DNA from: Bifidobacteriaceae bacterium
GTDB lineage: Bacteria; Actinomycetota; Actinomycetes; Actinomycetales; WQXJ01
Length of the DNA stretch: 64,000 nucleotides
Assembly (NCBI GenBank): GCA_031278655.1
Contig: JAITJZ010000010.1
Location: forward strand, 5,881 to 69,880
Direction of reading: 5' to 3'
The position numbers were made by a program, and so were the translations under genes. The notes below the pieces were generated by a model. It saw only the letters and a list, made by a program, of their open reading frames with translations, was not told where the DNA came from and did no database searches. Shown here one piece after another: positions 12,463-25,100 of this stretch (positions are counted from its first letter, which is position 1; the number at the start of each line of letters is the position of its first letter).

Positions 12463-15126
12463 ATGCGAACTTCGGAAATCCGCCAACGCTTCCTGTCCCA
12501 TTTCGAGGAGCGCGGGCACGTCATAGTCCCCTCGGCCTCGCTCATCAGCGAAGACCCGTCGCTGCTGTTCACCGTGGCCGGGATGGTCCCGTTCATCCCC
12601 TACATGCTGGGCCAGGTGCCGCCGCCTTGGCCGCGGGCGGCCTCGGTCCAGAAGTGCTTGCGCACCGGCGACATCGACGAGGTCGGCAAGACCACCCGCC
12701 ACGGCACGTTCTTCCAGATGAACGGCAATTTCTCGTTCGGGGACTACTTCAAGGAGGGCGCCATAGCGCACGCCTGGGAGCTGGTCACCGGCGCGCAGGC
12801 GGACGGCGGTTTGGGCTTCGACCCGGACCGCATTTGGGTGACCGTCTATTTGGACGATGACGAGGCGGCGGCTTTGTGGCGGAAGGTGGCCGGCCTGGCG
12901 CCCGAACGCATCCAACGGCGGGGCATCAAGGACAATTTCTGGTCCACCGGCCAGCCCGGCCCGGCCGGGCCGTGCTCGGAGATTTACGTGGACCGGGGAC
13001 CGGACTTCGGCCCGGAGGGCGGACCGGTCGTCGACGAGGACCGCTTCCTCGAAATCTGGAACCTGGTCTTCATGGAGTTCGAGCGCGGCGCCGGGGGCGC
13101 CAAAGAGGACTACCCGCTGTTGGGCGAGCTGGACCAGAAGAACATCGACACCGGCATGGGACTGGAGAGGGTGGCGTTCCTGCTCCAGGACGCCGCCAAC
13201 GTCTACGAGATCGATGAGATCGCGCCGGTCATCCGCCGCACCGAGGAGCTGACCGGCCGCTCCTACGGCGCCGACCGCGAGGCTGACGTCAGGATGCGCG
13301 TCATCGCCGACCACGTCCGTTCCGGGCTGATGGTGATCGGGGACGGCGTGACGCCGTCGAACGAGGGCCGCGGCTACGTGCTGCGCCGCCTGCTGCGGCG
13401 GGTGGTGCGCTCGATCCGCCTGCTGGGCGTCGAGGAACCGGTCTTCCCAGAGCTGTTCGCGGTCTCAAAGGACGCCATGAAGGCCTCCTACCCGGAGTTG
13501 GAGCGCGATTGGGAGCGCATCGCCGGCACCGCCTACGGCGAGGAGGAGGCTTTTCTGCGCACGCTGGCGTCCGGGTCGACCATCTTGGACACGGCCGTGG
13601 CCCGGACCAAGGCCGCCGGGGGGCTGGCGCTGTCCGGCCGCGACGCCTTCCAACTGCATGACACCTACGGCTTTCCCATCGACCTGACCTTGGAGATCGC
13701 CGCCGAGGAAGGCCTGGCGGTGGACCAGGACGCCTTCAGGACGCTCATGAGGGAGCAGAAGGAGCGGGCGCGGGCGGACGCGGCCGCCAAGAAGACCGGC
13801 CACGCCGACACCTCGCTCTATCAGGAGCTGGCCGGCCAGACCGGCCTGACCGACTTCACCGGTTACACCCAGTTCGAGTCGCGCGGGCGCGTGTTGGCGC
13901 TGATCAGCGACGGCCGGCCGGCGCCGCTGGCGTCCGCCCCCGCCAACGTCGAGTTGATCTTGGACAGGACCCCGTTTTACGCCGAGGCCGGCGGCCAGTT
14001 GGCGGACCAGGGGACCATCGAGTTCGACTCCGGCGCCGTCTTCGAGGTCGATGACGTCCAGCGGCCGATCAAGGGCCTGTCGGTCCATCGCGGCCGCCTG
14101 GTCGAGGGCCGCTTGGCGACCGGTGACCAGGGCTTCGGCCGGATCGATGTGCAACGGCGGCGGGCCATCTCGCGCGCCCACACCGCCACCCACATGGTCC
14201 ACAAGTCCCTGCGCGAGCACTTGGGGTCGACAGCCACCCAGGCCGGCTCGGAGAACGCCCCGTCGCGCCTGCGCTTCGACTTCCGTTACGGCTCCGGCGT
14301 GCCGCAGTCCGCGCTCGGCGAGATCGAGGAGCGGGTCAACAGCGTCTTGGCCGAGGACTTGGCCGTGACCGAGGAATTGATGGAGTTGGACAAGGCCCGC
14401 GAGCTTGGCGCCATGGCCCTGTTCGGCGAGAAGTACGGGCAGATCGTCCGGGTGGTGTCGATCGGCGGCGACTGGTCGCGCGAGCTGTGCGCCGGGACGC
14501 ATATGCGCCGCTCCGGCGAGTTGGGCCGGGTGACATTGCTGGGGGAGGCCTCGATCGGCTCCGGCGTGCGGCGCGTGGAGGCGTTGGTGGCCGATGGCGC
14601 CTACGCCCACCAGGCCAAGGAGCACCTGCTGGTCTCGCAGTTGACCGAGACGCTGAAGGTCCGCCCGGACGAGTTGGTCGATCGCGTCGGCTCGCTGGTG
14701 GCCAAGCTCAAGGAGGCCGACAAGGCCTTGGCGGCGATGCGCTCCGCCCGCCTGGCCGAGCAGGCCCCGGCGCTGGCGGCGTCCGCCCGGCCGGTGGGGG
14801 GCGCGCGGTTGGTGACGGCCACTTTGGAGGGGGCTGGGGCGGACGACCTGCGCCAGTTGGCGATCGATGTGCGGTCGCGTTTGGGCGAGGCGGAGGCGGC
14901 CGTGGTGGCCCTCGGGTCGCGGGACGCCGCCAGCGGGCGCGGCCTGGTGGCGGTGGCGGTGAACGATGCCGCGCAGCGGGCCGGTCTGGCGGCCGGGGTT
15001 TTGGTGGGGCTGGCTTCGAAGGCGCTGGGCGGCGGCGGCGGCGGCAAGCCGGCGCTGGCGCAGGGCGGCGGCGCCGACGGCGCCAAATTGGACGACGCCT
15101 GGTCCGCCATCGCGGCGGCGCTTTGA
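12463..15126 (+). CDS. alaS: Alanine--tRNA ligase
   Basis: 887-aa ORF with class II aaRS motifs (FTVAGMVPF, FFQMNGNFSFGDYFK) and an editing-domain HTATH motif. Confidence 0.97.
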   Translation: MRTSEIRQRFLSHFEERGHVIVPSASLISEDPSLLFTVAGMVPFIPYMLGQVPPPWPRAASVQKCLRTGDIDEVGKTTRHGTFFQMNGNFSFGDYFKEGAIAHAWELVTGAQADGGLGFDPDRIWVTVYLDDDEAAALWRKVAGLAPERIQRRGIKDNFWSTGQPGPAGPCSEIYVDRGPDFGPEGGPVVDEDRFLEIWNLVFMEFERGAGGAKEDYPLLGELDQKNIDTGMGLERVAFLLQDAANVYEIDEIAPVIRRTEELTGRSYGADREADVRMRVIADHVRSGLMVIGDGVTPSNEGRGYVLRRLLRRVVRSIRLLGVEEPVFPELFAVSKDAMKASYPELERDWERIAGTAYGEEEAFLRTLASGSTILDTAVARTKAAGGLALSGRDAFQLHDTYGFPIDLTLEIAAEEGLAVDQDAFRTLMREQKERARADAAAKKTGHADTSLYQELAGQTGLTDFTGYTQFESRGRVLALISDGRPAPLASAPANVELILDRTPFYAEAGGQLADQGTIEFDSGAVFEVDDVQRPIKGLSVHRGRLVEGRLATGDQGFGRIDVQRRRAISRAHTATHMVHKSLREHLGSTATQAGSENAPSRLRFDFRYGSGVPQSALGEIEERVNSVLAEDLAVTEELMELDKARELGAMALFGEKYGQIVRVVSIGGDWSRELCAGTHMRRSGELGRVTLLGEASIGSGVRRVEALVADGAYAHQAKEHLLVSQLTETLKVRPDELVDRVGSLVAKLKEADKALAAMRSARLAEQAPALAASARPVGGARLVTATLEGAGADDLRQLAIDVRSRLGEAEAAVVALGSRDAASGRGLVAVAVNDAAQRAGLAAGVLVGLASKALGGGGGGKPALAQGGGADGAKLDDAWSAIAAAL

Positions 15127-15563
15127 CCGGCGCCGGCCGGCCCGGCCCTTGGCTGGGCGTGGACTTGGGCCAGGCGCGGGTCGGCCTGGCCGCCTCAGAC
15201 CCCGATCTGTTGCTGGCCAACCCGGTGGCGACCCTGGCGCGGGCCGGGATGTCGGTCCCGGCGCTGGCCGCGCGCCTGGTCGAGGTCGCGGCCGAGCGCG
15301 GCGCCCGCCGCGTGATCGTCGGCTGGCCCCTGAACATGAACGGGACGGTTGGGCCAAAGGCCGCCGAGGCGGCCGAGTTGGCGGCCGCCTTGGAGGCGGC
15401 CGGGATGCCGGCGGCGCTCCAGGACGAGCGCCGCACCACCGCCCAGGCGCAGGCGCAACTGCGCGCGGCCGGGCGCGCCGCCAGGGCGCAGCGCCCGATC
15501 ATCGACCAAGCCGCCGCCGTCCTGATTCTCCAGGCCGCCCTCGACGCCCACCGCCGGTGCTAG
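15123..15563 (+). CDS. ruvX: Holliday junction resolvase-like nuclease RuvX/YqgF
   Basis: WLGVDLGQARVGLAASD start of the RNase H-like YqgF fold. TTG at 15123 overlaps the alaS stop. The track ORF start at 14487 is inside alaS. Confidence 0.8.
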   Translation: MTGAGRPGPWLGVDLGQARVGLAASDPDLLLANPVATLARAGMSVPALAARLVEVAAERGARRVIVGWPLNMNGTVGPKAAEAAELAAALEAAGMPAALQDERRTTAQAQAQLRAAGRAARAQRPIIDQAAAVLILQAALDAHRRC

Positions 15564-15572
15564 GGTCGGCGG

Positions 15573-16391
15573 GTGAGTGTCGCAGAACCGATCCAATCAG
15601 CCGGCGATCCCCGGGCGCAGCGCATCGCCGACCTGGCCAAGCCGGGGCACGCCAACACCAAAGTGGCCTTGGTCGAGGACGAGGCGCCGCTGGTCAACGC
15701 CTTGGCGGCGGGCGTGGGCGTGCTTGAGGTCTACTGCGAGGCCGGCCAGACGGCATCGGGCGAGTTGGTGGAGGCCTGCGCCCGGGCGGGCGTGGCGATC
15801 ACCGCCATCGACCCGGCGCTGCTGACAAAACTGTTCCGAACCGACAAACGGCCCCGGCTGTTCGGGGTGGTGAAGGTGCCCCACCCGGCCCGGCTGGGCG
15901 CGCTGCTGGAACGCCCGGGCGACATCGTGGTCCTGGACGGGGTGCGGATCGTCGGCAACATCGGGGCCATCATCCGCACGGCGACGGCCTTCGCCGCCGC
16001 CGGTGTGGTGCTGGTCGACAGCGGCCTGACCAGCGTCGCCGACCGGCGCCTGCTGCGCGCCAGCCGGGGCCATGTCTTCTCGCTGCCGGTGATCCTGGCC
16101 GAGGGCGGCCCGGCGCGGGAGTTCTTGCGCGAGCAGCGGATCGGCGGGTTGGTGGCGGACGCCCGCGGGGAGTTGACGCTGGCCCAGGCGGCGGCCGCGC
16201 CGGGACGCCTGGCCCTGGTCTTCGGCGGCGAGCGCGGCGGGCCGTCCGGGCAGTTCGGCGGGGAGGCAGGCTTCCAGACCGCCGCCATCGCCATGCCCGG
16301 GCCGGTCGAGTCGCTGAACGTGTCCGTGGCGGTGGGGATAGTGCTCCAGGCGCGATCGCTGAGAGCGCATCCGGCAGGGGGCCTGGACTAG
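15573..16391 (+). CDS. SpoU/TrmH family RNA 2'-O-methyltransferase
   Basis: SPOUT motifs: VVLDGVRIVGNIGAIIRTA, LVFGGERGGPS, IAMPGPVESLNVSVAVGIVL. Confidence 0.85.
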   Translation: MSVAEPIQSAGDPRAQRIADLAKPGHANTKVALVEDEAPLVNALAAGVGVLEVYCEAGQTASGELVEACARAGVAITAIDPALLTKLFRTDKRPRLFGVVKVPHPARLGALLERPGDIVVLDGVRIVGNIGAIIRTATAFAAAGVVLVDSGLTSVADRRLLRASRGHVFSLPVILAEGGPAREFLREQRIGGLVADARGELTLAQAAAAPGRLALVFGGERGGPSGQFGGEAGFQTAAIAMPGPVESLNVSVAVGIVLQARSLRAHPAGGLD

Positions 16392-16427
16392 ACCCGCCGC
16401 CGGGCTCTGGCGGTAAGCTCATTACCC

Positions 16428-17801
16428 GTGAGTGACCAGTGGAGCCCTTTTGGGCAAGACCCCGCCGCCTCGGGGCCGCCGGTTCAGCCCCCCGCCAGGC
16501 CCCAGGGCGACGGCGTGGGCGGCGTGGGCGGCGCCGTCCCCCCGCCTCCGGCTGATGCCGCCCGGGAAGCGCGACGGGTGCCCTGGGCGCCCGGTCCCGC
16601 CGCCCCGCAGGCGGCGCCGGCCTTGTCGCGGCGGGCGCTGCGCGAGGCGCAGGGCGCCCAGGACGAGGCGGATCGGGAGGCGGTCCAGGCCAAACGCCGC
16701 CGCCCGATCACCGCGGTGGTGGTTCTGACGCTGGTGGCCTTGGTCGCGGTGGTCGGCTTCGTGGCCGGCAAACCGATCTACGACGAGTGGGTCAAGCCCA
16801 ACGGCGAGGCCGAGCAGGCGGATTATCCCGGCCCGGGGGAGGGCCAGGCGATCATCACCGTCGACCCGGGCGACACGGGCAGCCGCATCGGCGAGAAACT
16901 GGTGGCCGCCGGAGTGGTGGCGACCACCGGCGCCTTTGTCGAGGCTTGCGCGCAGGCCGGGGAGCGGGCGGCGTCGATCCAACCCGGCACCTACACGTTG
17001 ATGAAGAAGATGAGCGCCACCGGCGCCTTGGCGGCGCTGCTCGACCCCGCCAACCGCAGCGCCATCGCCTTCACGGTGCCGGAGGGCAAACGCGCCGAGG
17101 AGGTCTATCAGATCATCGGCCGGGCGCTGGCCGATGCCGAACTGGGCGCCGGCGCCGACGCGGGCGCCATCGACGCCAAGACCGCCGAACAAACCGCCCT
17201 GGTCAAGGCGGCGGCCAACGACACCGCCGCCATCGGCCTGCCGCCGGAGGCCAACGGCCTGGTGGAGGGCTGGCTGTTCCCGGAGACCTACGCCTTCAAC
17301 CTCGCCACCGAGCCGACGGTGATCCTCGGCCAGATGGTCAAGACCACTGTCGGCGTCCTCGAAGACCTCGGCGTGCCGCGCGAGCGCTGGTTCGAGATCA
17401 TCGTCATGGGCTCGCTGGTGGAGAAGGAGTCGAAACTGGCGCCGGACCGTCCCAAGGTGGCGCGGGTCTTCTACAACCGGCTGGCGAAGAACTGGAGGCT
17501 GGAATCGGACGCCACCGTCAAATACGGCTGGGGCAACTTCGACTCGGACGTCGCCTCCAGCAACGAGGCCCTGGCCGACCCGAACCCTTACAACACCTAT
17601 ATCCATGACGGGCTGCCGGCCGGGGCGATCTGCAACCCGGGCCGGGAGGCGCTGAAGGCGGCCCTGACGCCGGCCGACGGGAACTGGCTGTTCTTCTGCG
17701 CCGTCAACCCGCAGACCGGCGAGACCGAGTTCAACGAGACCGCCGAGGGACACGCTCAATCGGTGGCGAAGTGGCAGGCGTGGGAGCGCGAACACGCCTG
17801 A
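16428..17801 (+). CDS. mltG: Endolytic murein transglycosylase MltG (YceG-like)
   Basis: Pro/Ala-rich cytoplasmic N-terminus, one TM helix, then a YceG domain (GWLFPETYAF, MGSLVEKES, YNTYIHDGLP). Confidence 0.9.
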   Translation: MSDQWSPFGQDPAASGPPVQPPARPQGDGVGGVGGAVPPPPADAAREARRVPWAPGPAAPQAAPALSRRALREAQGAQDEADREAVQAKRRRPITAVVVLTLVALVAVVGFVAGKPIYDEWVKPNGEAEQADYPGPGEGQAIITVDPGDTGSRIGEKLVAAGVVATTGAFVEACAQAGERAASIQPGTYTLMKKMSATGALAALLDPANRSAIAFTVPEGKRAEEVYQIIGRALADAELGAGADAGAIDAKTAEQTALVKAAANDTAAIGLPPEANGLVEGWLFPETYAFNLATEPTVILGQMVKTTVGVLEDLGVPRERWFEIIVMGSLVEKESKLAPDRPKVARVFYNRLAKNWRLESDATVKYGWGNFDSDVASSNEALADPNPYNTYIHDGLPAGAICNPGREALKAALTPADGNWLFFCAVNPQTGETEFNETAEGHAQSVAKWQAWEREHA

Positions 17802-18628
17802 TGAACCGGCGCGCGGCCGTGCTCGGCAGGCCCATAGGGCATTCGCTCTCACCGGCGCTGCACCGGGCCGGCTACCGGGCGCTGGGCTTGGACGACTGGA
17901 CCTATGAGGCCGTCGAACTGGCTGAGCCGGAGCTGGGGCCGTGGCTGGCCTCGCGCGGGCCGGAATGGCAGGGCCTGTCGCTGACAATGCCCCTGAAACG
18001 GGCGGTCTTAGGCCTGGTGGACCACGTTCAACCGGCGGCCCGGCAGGTCGGCGGCGCCAACACGGTGCTGTTCACTCCCGCCGGGACGGTGGCGGCCAAC
18101 ACCGACATTTACGGGATTGTGGCCGCCGTCCGCGAGGCGGCGCCGGGGCGGTCCTTCCGATCCGCCAGCGTCCTGGGCGGCGGCGCCACGGCGGCGGCGG
18201 CGCTGGCGGCGCTGGCCGAACTGGGGTTGCGGCGTCCCCGGGTCTACGTCCGGGCCTTGGGCACGGCCGGGGCGACCATCGAGGCCGCGCGGCGCCTCGG
18301 CGCCGAGCCGGAGTTGCGCAAGCTGAACATGGACCGCCCGCCCTTGGATTGGCCGGCCGACCTGACGATCGCCACCCTGCCGCCCCGGGCCGCCGACCCG
18401 TTGGCGGCGGCGCTGGCGGCGCCGCCGGCGGCAAGCCTCCCAGACGGCGCGGTGCTGCTCGACGCCGCCTACGAGCCCTGGCCGTCCGCCCTGGCGCGAG
18501 CCTGGCAAGCCGCCGGCGGCGTGGTGGTCAGCGGCAAGATCATGCTCTTGCACCAGGCGGCAGCCCAGTTCCAGATGATGACCGGGCGGGCCGCGCCGGT
18601 CGCGGCGATGCGCGCGGCACTCGGTTGA
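17801..18628 (+). CDS. aroE: Shikimate dehydrogenase
   Basis: [15 protein letters not shown] and NTVL motifs. ATG 17801 shares one base with the mltG stop (TGATG). Confidence 0.88.
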   Translation: MNRRAAVLGRPIGHSLSPALHRAGYRALGLDDWTYEAVELAEPELGPWLASRGPEWQGLSLTMPLKRAVLGLVDHVQPAARQVGGANTVLFTPAGTVAANTDIYGIVAAVREAAPGRSFRSASVLGGGATAAAALAALAELGLRRPRVYVRALGTAGATIEAARRLGAEPELRKLNMDRPPLDWPADLTIATLPPRAADPLAAALAAPPAASLPDGAVLLDAAYEPWPSALARAWQAAGGVVVSGKIMLLHQAAAQFQMMTGRAAPVAAMRAALG

Positions 18629-18645
18629 CAGGGCACAATGGTTCC

Positions 18646-19864
18646 ATGCTGCGTTGGTTGACGGCCGGAGAATCCCACGGCCCGGCGATCCTTGGCGTCC
18701 TGGAGGGCATGCCCGCGGGGGTGGCCGTCGCCCCGGCAGACATCGCCGCCGCCCTGGCCCGCCGCCGCCTCGGCCACGGCCGCGGCGCGCGAATGGGCTT
18801 CGAATCAGACGATCTGCACGTCATCGGCGGCATTTGGCGGGGCCTGACCACGGGCGGGCCGGTCGCGCTGGCCATCGCCAACGCCGAATGGCCGAAGTGG
18901 CGCGAGGTCATGTCGCCGGAGCCGGGCGAGGCGCCCGACGCCGCCCGCGCCGCCAAGTTGACCCGTCCGCGCCCAGGCCACGCCGACCTGCCGGGGGTCG
19001 TCAAATACGGGCACGATGACGCCAGGGCCGTCCTCGAGCGTTCCTCCGCCCGCGAGACGGCCGCCAGGGTGGCGATCGGCGCGGTCGCGGCCGCCTTCCT
19101 CGATCAGGCCCTGGGCGTCCGGCTGGTCAGTCACGTGGTGGCGCTCGGCGGGGTGGCGGCGGACGGCCGCCAGCCCTCGCCCGATGACGTCGCCCGCCTC
19201 GACGCCAGTCCCGCGCGCACGCTCGACCCGGCCGCCGAACGAGCCATGACAGCGCGCGTCGATGAGGCCAAAGCCGCCGGGGACAGCCTCGGCGGGGTGG
19301 TCGAGGTCATAGCTCACGGCCTGCCGGCCGGGCTCGGGTCGCATGTCCAGGCCGACCGCCGTTTGGACGCGGCCCTGGCCTGGGCCTTGATGAGCGTCCC
19401 GGCTATCAAAGCGGTCGAGGTCGGCCTGGGGGCCGAGGCGGCCGCCCGCCCCGGCTCGGCCGTCCACGACCAGATTTATCGCCAGGACGGGCTGGTCAGG
19501 CGCCGCAGCAACCACGCCGGAGGCGTCGAGGGGGGCATCTCCAACGGCGAGCCGGTGGTGGTGCGCGCCGCCGTCAAACCGATCCCGACGCTGACGCGGG
19601 CGCTGGCCACCATCGACATCGCCACCGGCGAGGCGGCCCTGGCCAACCATCAGCGCTCCGACACCACCGCCGTCCCGGCGGCCGCCGTCGTGGCCGAGGC
19701 CATGACGGCGTTGGTCCTGGCCAGGGCGGCGCTGGAGAAATTCGGCGGCGACTCGCTGACGGAGGTCCGGCGCAATCTGGCCGGGTACCTGGCGGCCGTC
19801 CCGGAAACCGTCCGCTGGGCGCCAGCCGGACCAACAACAGTCGAACGAGCAGGAAGAGGCAGCG

Positions 19865-19890
<26 letters not shown>
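18646..19890 (+). CDS. aroC: Chorismate synthase
   Basis: [14 protein letters not shown]-terminus, with RPGHAD and SARETAARV motifs. The track ORF start (17941) lies in aroE out of frame. Confidence 0.93.
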
Positions 19891-21081
<1,191 letters not shown>

Positions 21082-21085
<4 letters not shown>

Positions 21086-21552
21086 GCGCGGCCGAGGCCG
21101 GGACGGGCGGCGCCGTCAAGGTCCTGGTGGCGAACGGCCCGAACCTGGGCCGGCTGGGCGCGCGCGAGCCGGAGGTCTACGGGCGCTCAAGCCTGGCGGA
21201 GCTGGCGGCCAAATGCGGCGCCTGGGCGGCCGCGCTGGGCCTGGCGGCGGATGTGCGCCAGACCGATTCGGAGGCGGAGTTGGTCGGCTGGCTGCACCAG
21301 GCGGCCGACGAAGCCTGGCCGGTGGTCTTGAACCCGGCCGCGTTCACGCATTACTCATACGCCCTGCGCGATGCCGTCGCCCAGGTCCCGCTCGTCATCG
21401 AGGTCCACTTGTCGAATCCGGCCGCCCGCGAGGACTTCCGGCGCCAATCCGTGATCGCGCCGGTCGTCAGGGGCACGATCGCCGGTTTCGGCCTGGACTC
21501 ATATCACTTGGCTTTGGCCGAGTTGGCCCGGCTGGCGGCGGCCTCGGCGTAG
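21082..21552 (+). CDS. aroQ: Type II 3-dehydroquinate dehydratase
   Basis: VLVANGPNLGRLGAREPEVYG and VIEVHLSNPAARE motifs. Confidence 0.93.
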
Positions 21553-23315
21553 AGGGCGTCGATCTCGGCCGCGAAATCGCGCAGCACCAGCGAGCGCTTG
21601 ACCTTCATCGACGGCGTCAGGTAGCCGTTGGCCTCGGTGAAATCCGTGCTGAGGATCCTGAACTCGCGGATCGACTCAGCCCTGGAGACCGCCTGATTGG
21701 TGCGCGCCACCGCCCGCTCCAGGGAGGCGCGGATGTCCGGGTCGATCCGGGCCTGCTCAATCGTCAGCGCCGACTTGCCGTGGCTGGAGAGCCAATTCGG
21801 GACCATCTCCTCGTCCAAGGTGACCAGGGCGGCGACGAAGGGACGCTGGTCGCCGACAACCACCACCTGCGAGACCAGCGGATGCCCGCGCAGCCGGTCC
21901 TCCAAGATGGCGGGGGCCACGTTCTTGCCCCCGGCGGTGACGATCAACTCCTTGCGCCGCCCGGTGATGGTGAGATAGCCGTCATCGTCCAGGGAGCCGA
22001 CATCGCCGGTGTGGAACCAGCCGTCCGCCAGCGCCGCGGCGGTCGCCTCCGGGTTGTCCCGGTAGCCGCGGAAGATGTGCGTCCCCTGGGCGAGGATCTC
22101 GCCATCGTCCGCGACCGCCACGCTCTGACCCGGCAGCGGCCGGCCGACCGAACCGATCTTGTTCACGAACTGCCGGTTGACGGCCGTCGGCGCGGAGGTC
22201 TCGGTCAGGCCGTAGCCCTCGTAGACGGTCAGCCCGATCCCCCGGAAGAAGTGCCCCAGACGTTCGCCCAGGGGCGCGCCGCCGGAGACGGCGTGGACCA
22301 GCCGGCCGCCCATCAGCTTGGTCAGTTTGCGGAAGACGAGCCGCTTGGCGATGGCGTACTGGACGCGGCGCACGGGCGTGAAACCGCCGCGCGAGTCCTG
22401 CTCGCGCGAGGAGACGATGGCGACCTTGGCCGCCCAGCGGAAGAGCTTCAGTTTGAAGCCGCCGCCGGTGGAGGCCTCGGCGGCGTTGTAGACCTTCTCC
22501 AGGACGCGCGGCACCACCAACAGGAAGGTCGGTTTGAACGTGCCCAGGTCCGCGACCAGGGTCTTTGTGTTCGGGAGGTAGCCCATGACGGCGGGCGAGG
22601 CCAGGGCGATGACGTTGATGACGCGGGCGAAGACGTGCGCCAGCGGCAGGAACAGCACCGAGCGGGCGCCGGGGCGGACTATCCAGGACAGCTCGGCGAC
22701 GGCGTTGCGCGCGGCGGTGGTGAAATTGAGGTGCGTCAACTCGACGCCCTTGGGCCGCCCGGTGGTGCCGGAGGTGTAGATCAAGGCGGCCAGGTCCGCC
22801 CCGGTGACGGCCTCGCGCCTGGCCGCCAAGACGGCATCGGACACCGAACGGGCGCCGGCCGCCAACTCGGCCCAAGCCGGGCCGCCCAAAACCCACAAAC
22901 GTCCCTGGTAGACCGAGCCGAGCAGCTCCGCCTGCGCCTGCGTCTCGCAGACAACGGCCGCCAAGGCGCCGTTCTCGCAGATCCAGGCCACCTGTTCGGG
23001 CGAGGACGTCTCGTAGATGGGCGTCCCGGCCGCGCCGATGAACCACAGGGCGTAGTCGAGCCGGGTCCATTCGACGGACGTCGCGGCCATGATCCCGACC
23101 CGGTCGCCGTGCTCGATCCCGGCCGCGATCAGCCCTTTGGCCAGGGCCTCGACCGAGCCGACAAACTCATGCGCGGTCACCGGCCGCCAGGCGGCGCCGT
23201 CGGGGACCTCGATGATGGTCTGGGCCGGGTCGGCGTCGCGGCGCTCCAACAGGAGGTCCGCGATCGACTCGTCGGGATTTGGCGGAAACAGCGGGGGCGT
23301 GCTAGAAACCTTCAC
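21504..23315 (-). CDS. fadD: Long-chain fatty-acid--CoA ligase (AMP-forming)
   Basis: AMP-binding motif [17 protein letters not shown], plus GYGLTETS and a C-terminal TPSMKVKR motif. Confidence 0.9.
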   Translation of the reverse strand: MKVSSTPPLFPPNPDESIADLLLERRDADPAQTIIEVPDGAAWRPVTAHEFVGSVEALAKGLIAAGIEHGDRVGIMAATSVEWTRLDYALWFIGAAGTPIYETSSPEQVAWICENGALAAVVCETQAQAELLGSVYQGRLWVLGGPAWAELAAGARSVSDAVLAARREAVTGADLAALIYTSGTTGRPKGVELTHLNFTTAARNAVAELSWIVRPGARSVLFLPLAHVFARVINVIALASPAVMGYLPNTKTLVADLGTFKPTFLLVVPRVLEKVYNAAEASTGGGFKLKLFRWAAKVAIVSSREQDSRGGFTPVRRVQYAIAKRLVFRKLTKLMGGRLVHAVSGGAPLGERLGHFFRGIGLTVYEGYGLTETSAPTAVNRQFVNKIGSVGRPLPGQSVAVADDGEILAQGTHIFRGYRDNPEATAAALADGWFHTGDVGSLDDDGYLTITGRRKELIVTAGGKNVAPAILEDRLRGHPLVSQVVVVGDQRPFVAALVTLDEEMVPNWLSSHGKSALTIEQARIDPDIRASLERAVARTNQAVSRAESIREFRILSTDFTEANGYLTPSMKVKRSLVLRDFAAEIDALYAEAAASRANSAKAK

Positions 23316-23415
23316 GCCCCGTGACCTTAGCGGCTCGATCCCTCCTTACGCACGCGTAAGTGGGCGGACAGTAAGATGTCCAGGGCCTATCCCTGCAACA
23401 ACGACGGAGAGATTT

Positions 23416-23979
23416 GTGGCAACCACCAATGATTTGAAGAACGGACTGGTGCTGAACCTGGACGGCCAGCTATGGACCGTGGTCGAGTTCCAGCACGTCA
23501 AGCCCGGCAAGGGCCCGGCTTTTGTGCGCACCAAGCTGAAGAACGTGTTGACGGGGAAGGTGGTCGACAAGACTTTCAACGCTGGCGTCAAAGTCGACAC
23601 CGCCACTGTCGACAAGCGCACCATGCAATACCTTTACCGCGACGGCGACGCCTTCGTCTTCATGGACCACGACACCTACGAGCAGGTCTCGGTCGCGGAG
23701 GCGACCGTTGGGGACGGCGCCCATTTCCTGTTGGAGGGCCAGGACGCGATCGTCGCCACCCATGATTCCGAGCCCCTGTACGTGGAACTGCCCGCGGCGG
23801 TGGTCTTGGAGATCACCTACACCGAGCCCGGCCTCCAAGGCGACCGTTCCACCGGCGGCACCAAGCCGGCCACGCTTGAGACCGGCCACGTGATCCAGGT
23901 GCCGCTGTTCGTGGAGCAGGGCACGCGCGTCAAAGTTGACACCCGCAGCGGCGATTACCTGGGCCGGGTCACGGAGTGA
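23416..23979 (+). CDS. efp: Elongation factor P
   Basis: [13 protein letters not shown]...[22 protein letters not shown] at 23416. The track ORF start (23089) lies in the fadD antisense. Confidence 0.95.
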   Translation: MATTNDLKNGLVLNLDGQLWTVVEFQHVKPGKGPAFVRTKLKNVLTGKVVDKTFNAGVKVDTATVDKRTMQYLYRDGDAFVFMDHDTYEQVSVAEATVGDGAHFLLEGQDAIVATHDSEPLYVELPAAVVLEITYTEPGLQGDRSTGGTKPATLETGHVIQVPLFVEQGTRVKVDTRSGDYLGRVTE

Positions 23980-24452
23980 GCCAAGCAGAGGATTCCGACG
24001 CGCGGCCCAAGTCGCGGGGCGGGTCGCGCGCGACCGCCCGGCGCCGGGCCGTCGAGTTGGTCTTCGAGGCTTTCCAGCGCCGCCTCGGCTTGGTCCAGTT
24101 GTTGCGCCAGCGGGCGGCTTTGCGGGGGTCGGGCGCCGAGGGTTTGCCCGATGCCGTCGAGGCGCCCCCGTACACCATTGAGCTGGTCACGGGGGTGGCC
24201 GAGCATCAAACTGAGATCTCCGAGTGGCTGGACAGCTACTCGCAGGGCTGGCCGCAGAGCCGCATGCCGGCGGTCGACCGCGCCATCTTGTACGTCGGGG
24301 CTTATGAGGTCGTCTTCGAGGACGATGTGCCTGATCCGGTGGTCCTGAAGGCAGCCGCCGATCTGGCCGGCAAGCTGTCCACGGCCAAGTCAGCCGATTT
24401 TGTCTCCGGCCTGCTGGGCCGCCTGGCCAAGATCAAGGCCACCCTGCGCTGA
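23976..24452 (+). CDS. nusB: Transcription antitermination factor NusB
   Basis: Overlaps the efp stop. [12 protein letters not shown] and [13 protein letters not shown] motifs. Confidence 0.9.
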   Translation: MSQAEDSDARPKSRGGSRATARRRAVELVFEAFQRRLGLVQLLRQRAALRGSGAEGLPDAVEAPPYTIELVTGVAEHQTEISEWLDSYSQGWPQSRMPAVDRAILYVGAYEVVFEDDVPDPVVLKAAADLAGKLSTAKSADFVSGLLGRLAKIKATLR

Positions 24453-24520
24453 GCGGCCGGCGCGGGGCGGCGCCGGGCGGCTGTTAGGCTGTCTGCGGCG
24501 CGTTTCAGCCGCCATTTCCT

Positions 24521-24551
24521 TTAAGACCCGTCCGGTGAGGCGGGGAAGGAG
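24521..24551 (+). promoter_or_regulatory. Candidate PyrR-binding RNA hairpin overlapping the pyrR ribosome-binding site
   Basis: CCCGUC (24527-24532) pairs with GGCGGG (24539-24544) around the loop CGGUGA. The core GUCCGGUGAGGC resembles the PyrR box UCCAGAGAGG. The GGAAGGAG Shine-Dalgarno follows directly, a few nt before the pyrR ATG (24558). Confidence 0.5.
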
Positions 24552-24557
24552 CGTGAC

Positions 24558-25100
24558 ATGGCCACCACCGAGGTCCTCGACGGGCCGGACATCTCGCGGG
24601 CCGTTCTGCGCATCGCGCACCAGGTGATCGAGAAGAACCACGGGGCTGAGGGCCTGGTGGTGCTGGGCATCCCGACCCGGGGCGTGCCGCTGGCGGCGCG
24701 CTTGGCGGGCGCCATCGCCCAAATCGAACCGGATTGGGCCAAGGCGCTGGGCCAACTCGACGTCACCATGCACCGCGACGACCTCTCACGGGCGCCCACG
24801 CGGACGGTCGGTTTGACGGCGGTGCCCGCGGGCGGCATCGACGGCGCCACGGTGGTGCTGGTCGATGACGTCCTCTACTCCGGGCGGACCATCCGGGCGG
24901 CGCTGGACGCGCTGGCGGACCTCGGCCGCCCGAAGGCGGTCCGCCTGGCCGTGCTGGTCGACCGCGGCCACCGCGAACTGCCGATCCGGGCCGATTACGT
25001 GGGCAAGAACCTGCCGACCGCGCTGGCCGAACGGGTCAGGGTCCTGCTGAGCGAGGTCGACGGCCGCGACGCCGTCCTGATCGACGGGGCGACGCGATGA
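24558..25100 (+). CDS. pyrR: Bifunctional pyrimidine operon regulator / uracil phosphoribosyltransferase PyrR
   Basis: PRPP loop [17 protein letters not shown] and a C-terminal DYVGKN motif. Confidence 0.95.
   Translation: MATTEVLDGPDISRAVLRIAHQVIEKNHGAEGLVVLGIPTRGVPLAARLAGAIAQIEPDWAKALGQLDVTMHRDDLSRAPTRTVGLTAVPAGGIDGATVVLVDDVLYSGRTIRAALDALADLGRPKAVRLAVLVDRGHRELPIRADYVGKNLPTALAERVRVLLSEVDGRDAVLIDGATR

Noticed and set aside
13465-15357. 630-aa minus-strand ORF
   Set aside because: Antisense to alaS and ruvX. Low-complexity Arg/Pro/Gly translation with no motifs.
16422-17987. 521-aa minus-strand ORF
   Set aside because: Antisense to mltG. A GC-driven open frame with no recognisable domain.
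21504-21552. 49-bp convergent overlap of the aroQ and fadD 3' ends
   Set aside because: Both stops are fixed by the reading frames and both C-termini are low-complexity Ala-rich tails. This is a common arrangement in compact high-GC genomes, with no extra signal seen.
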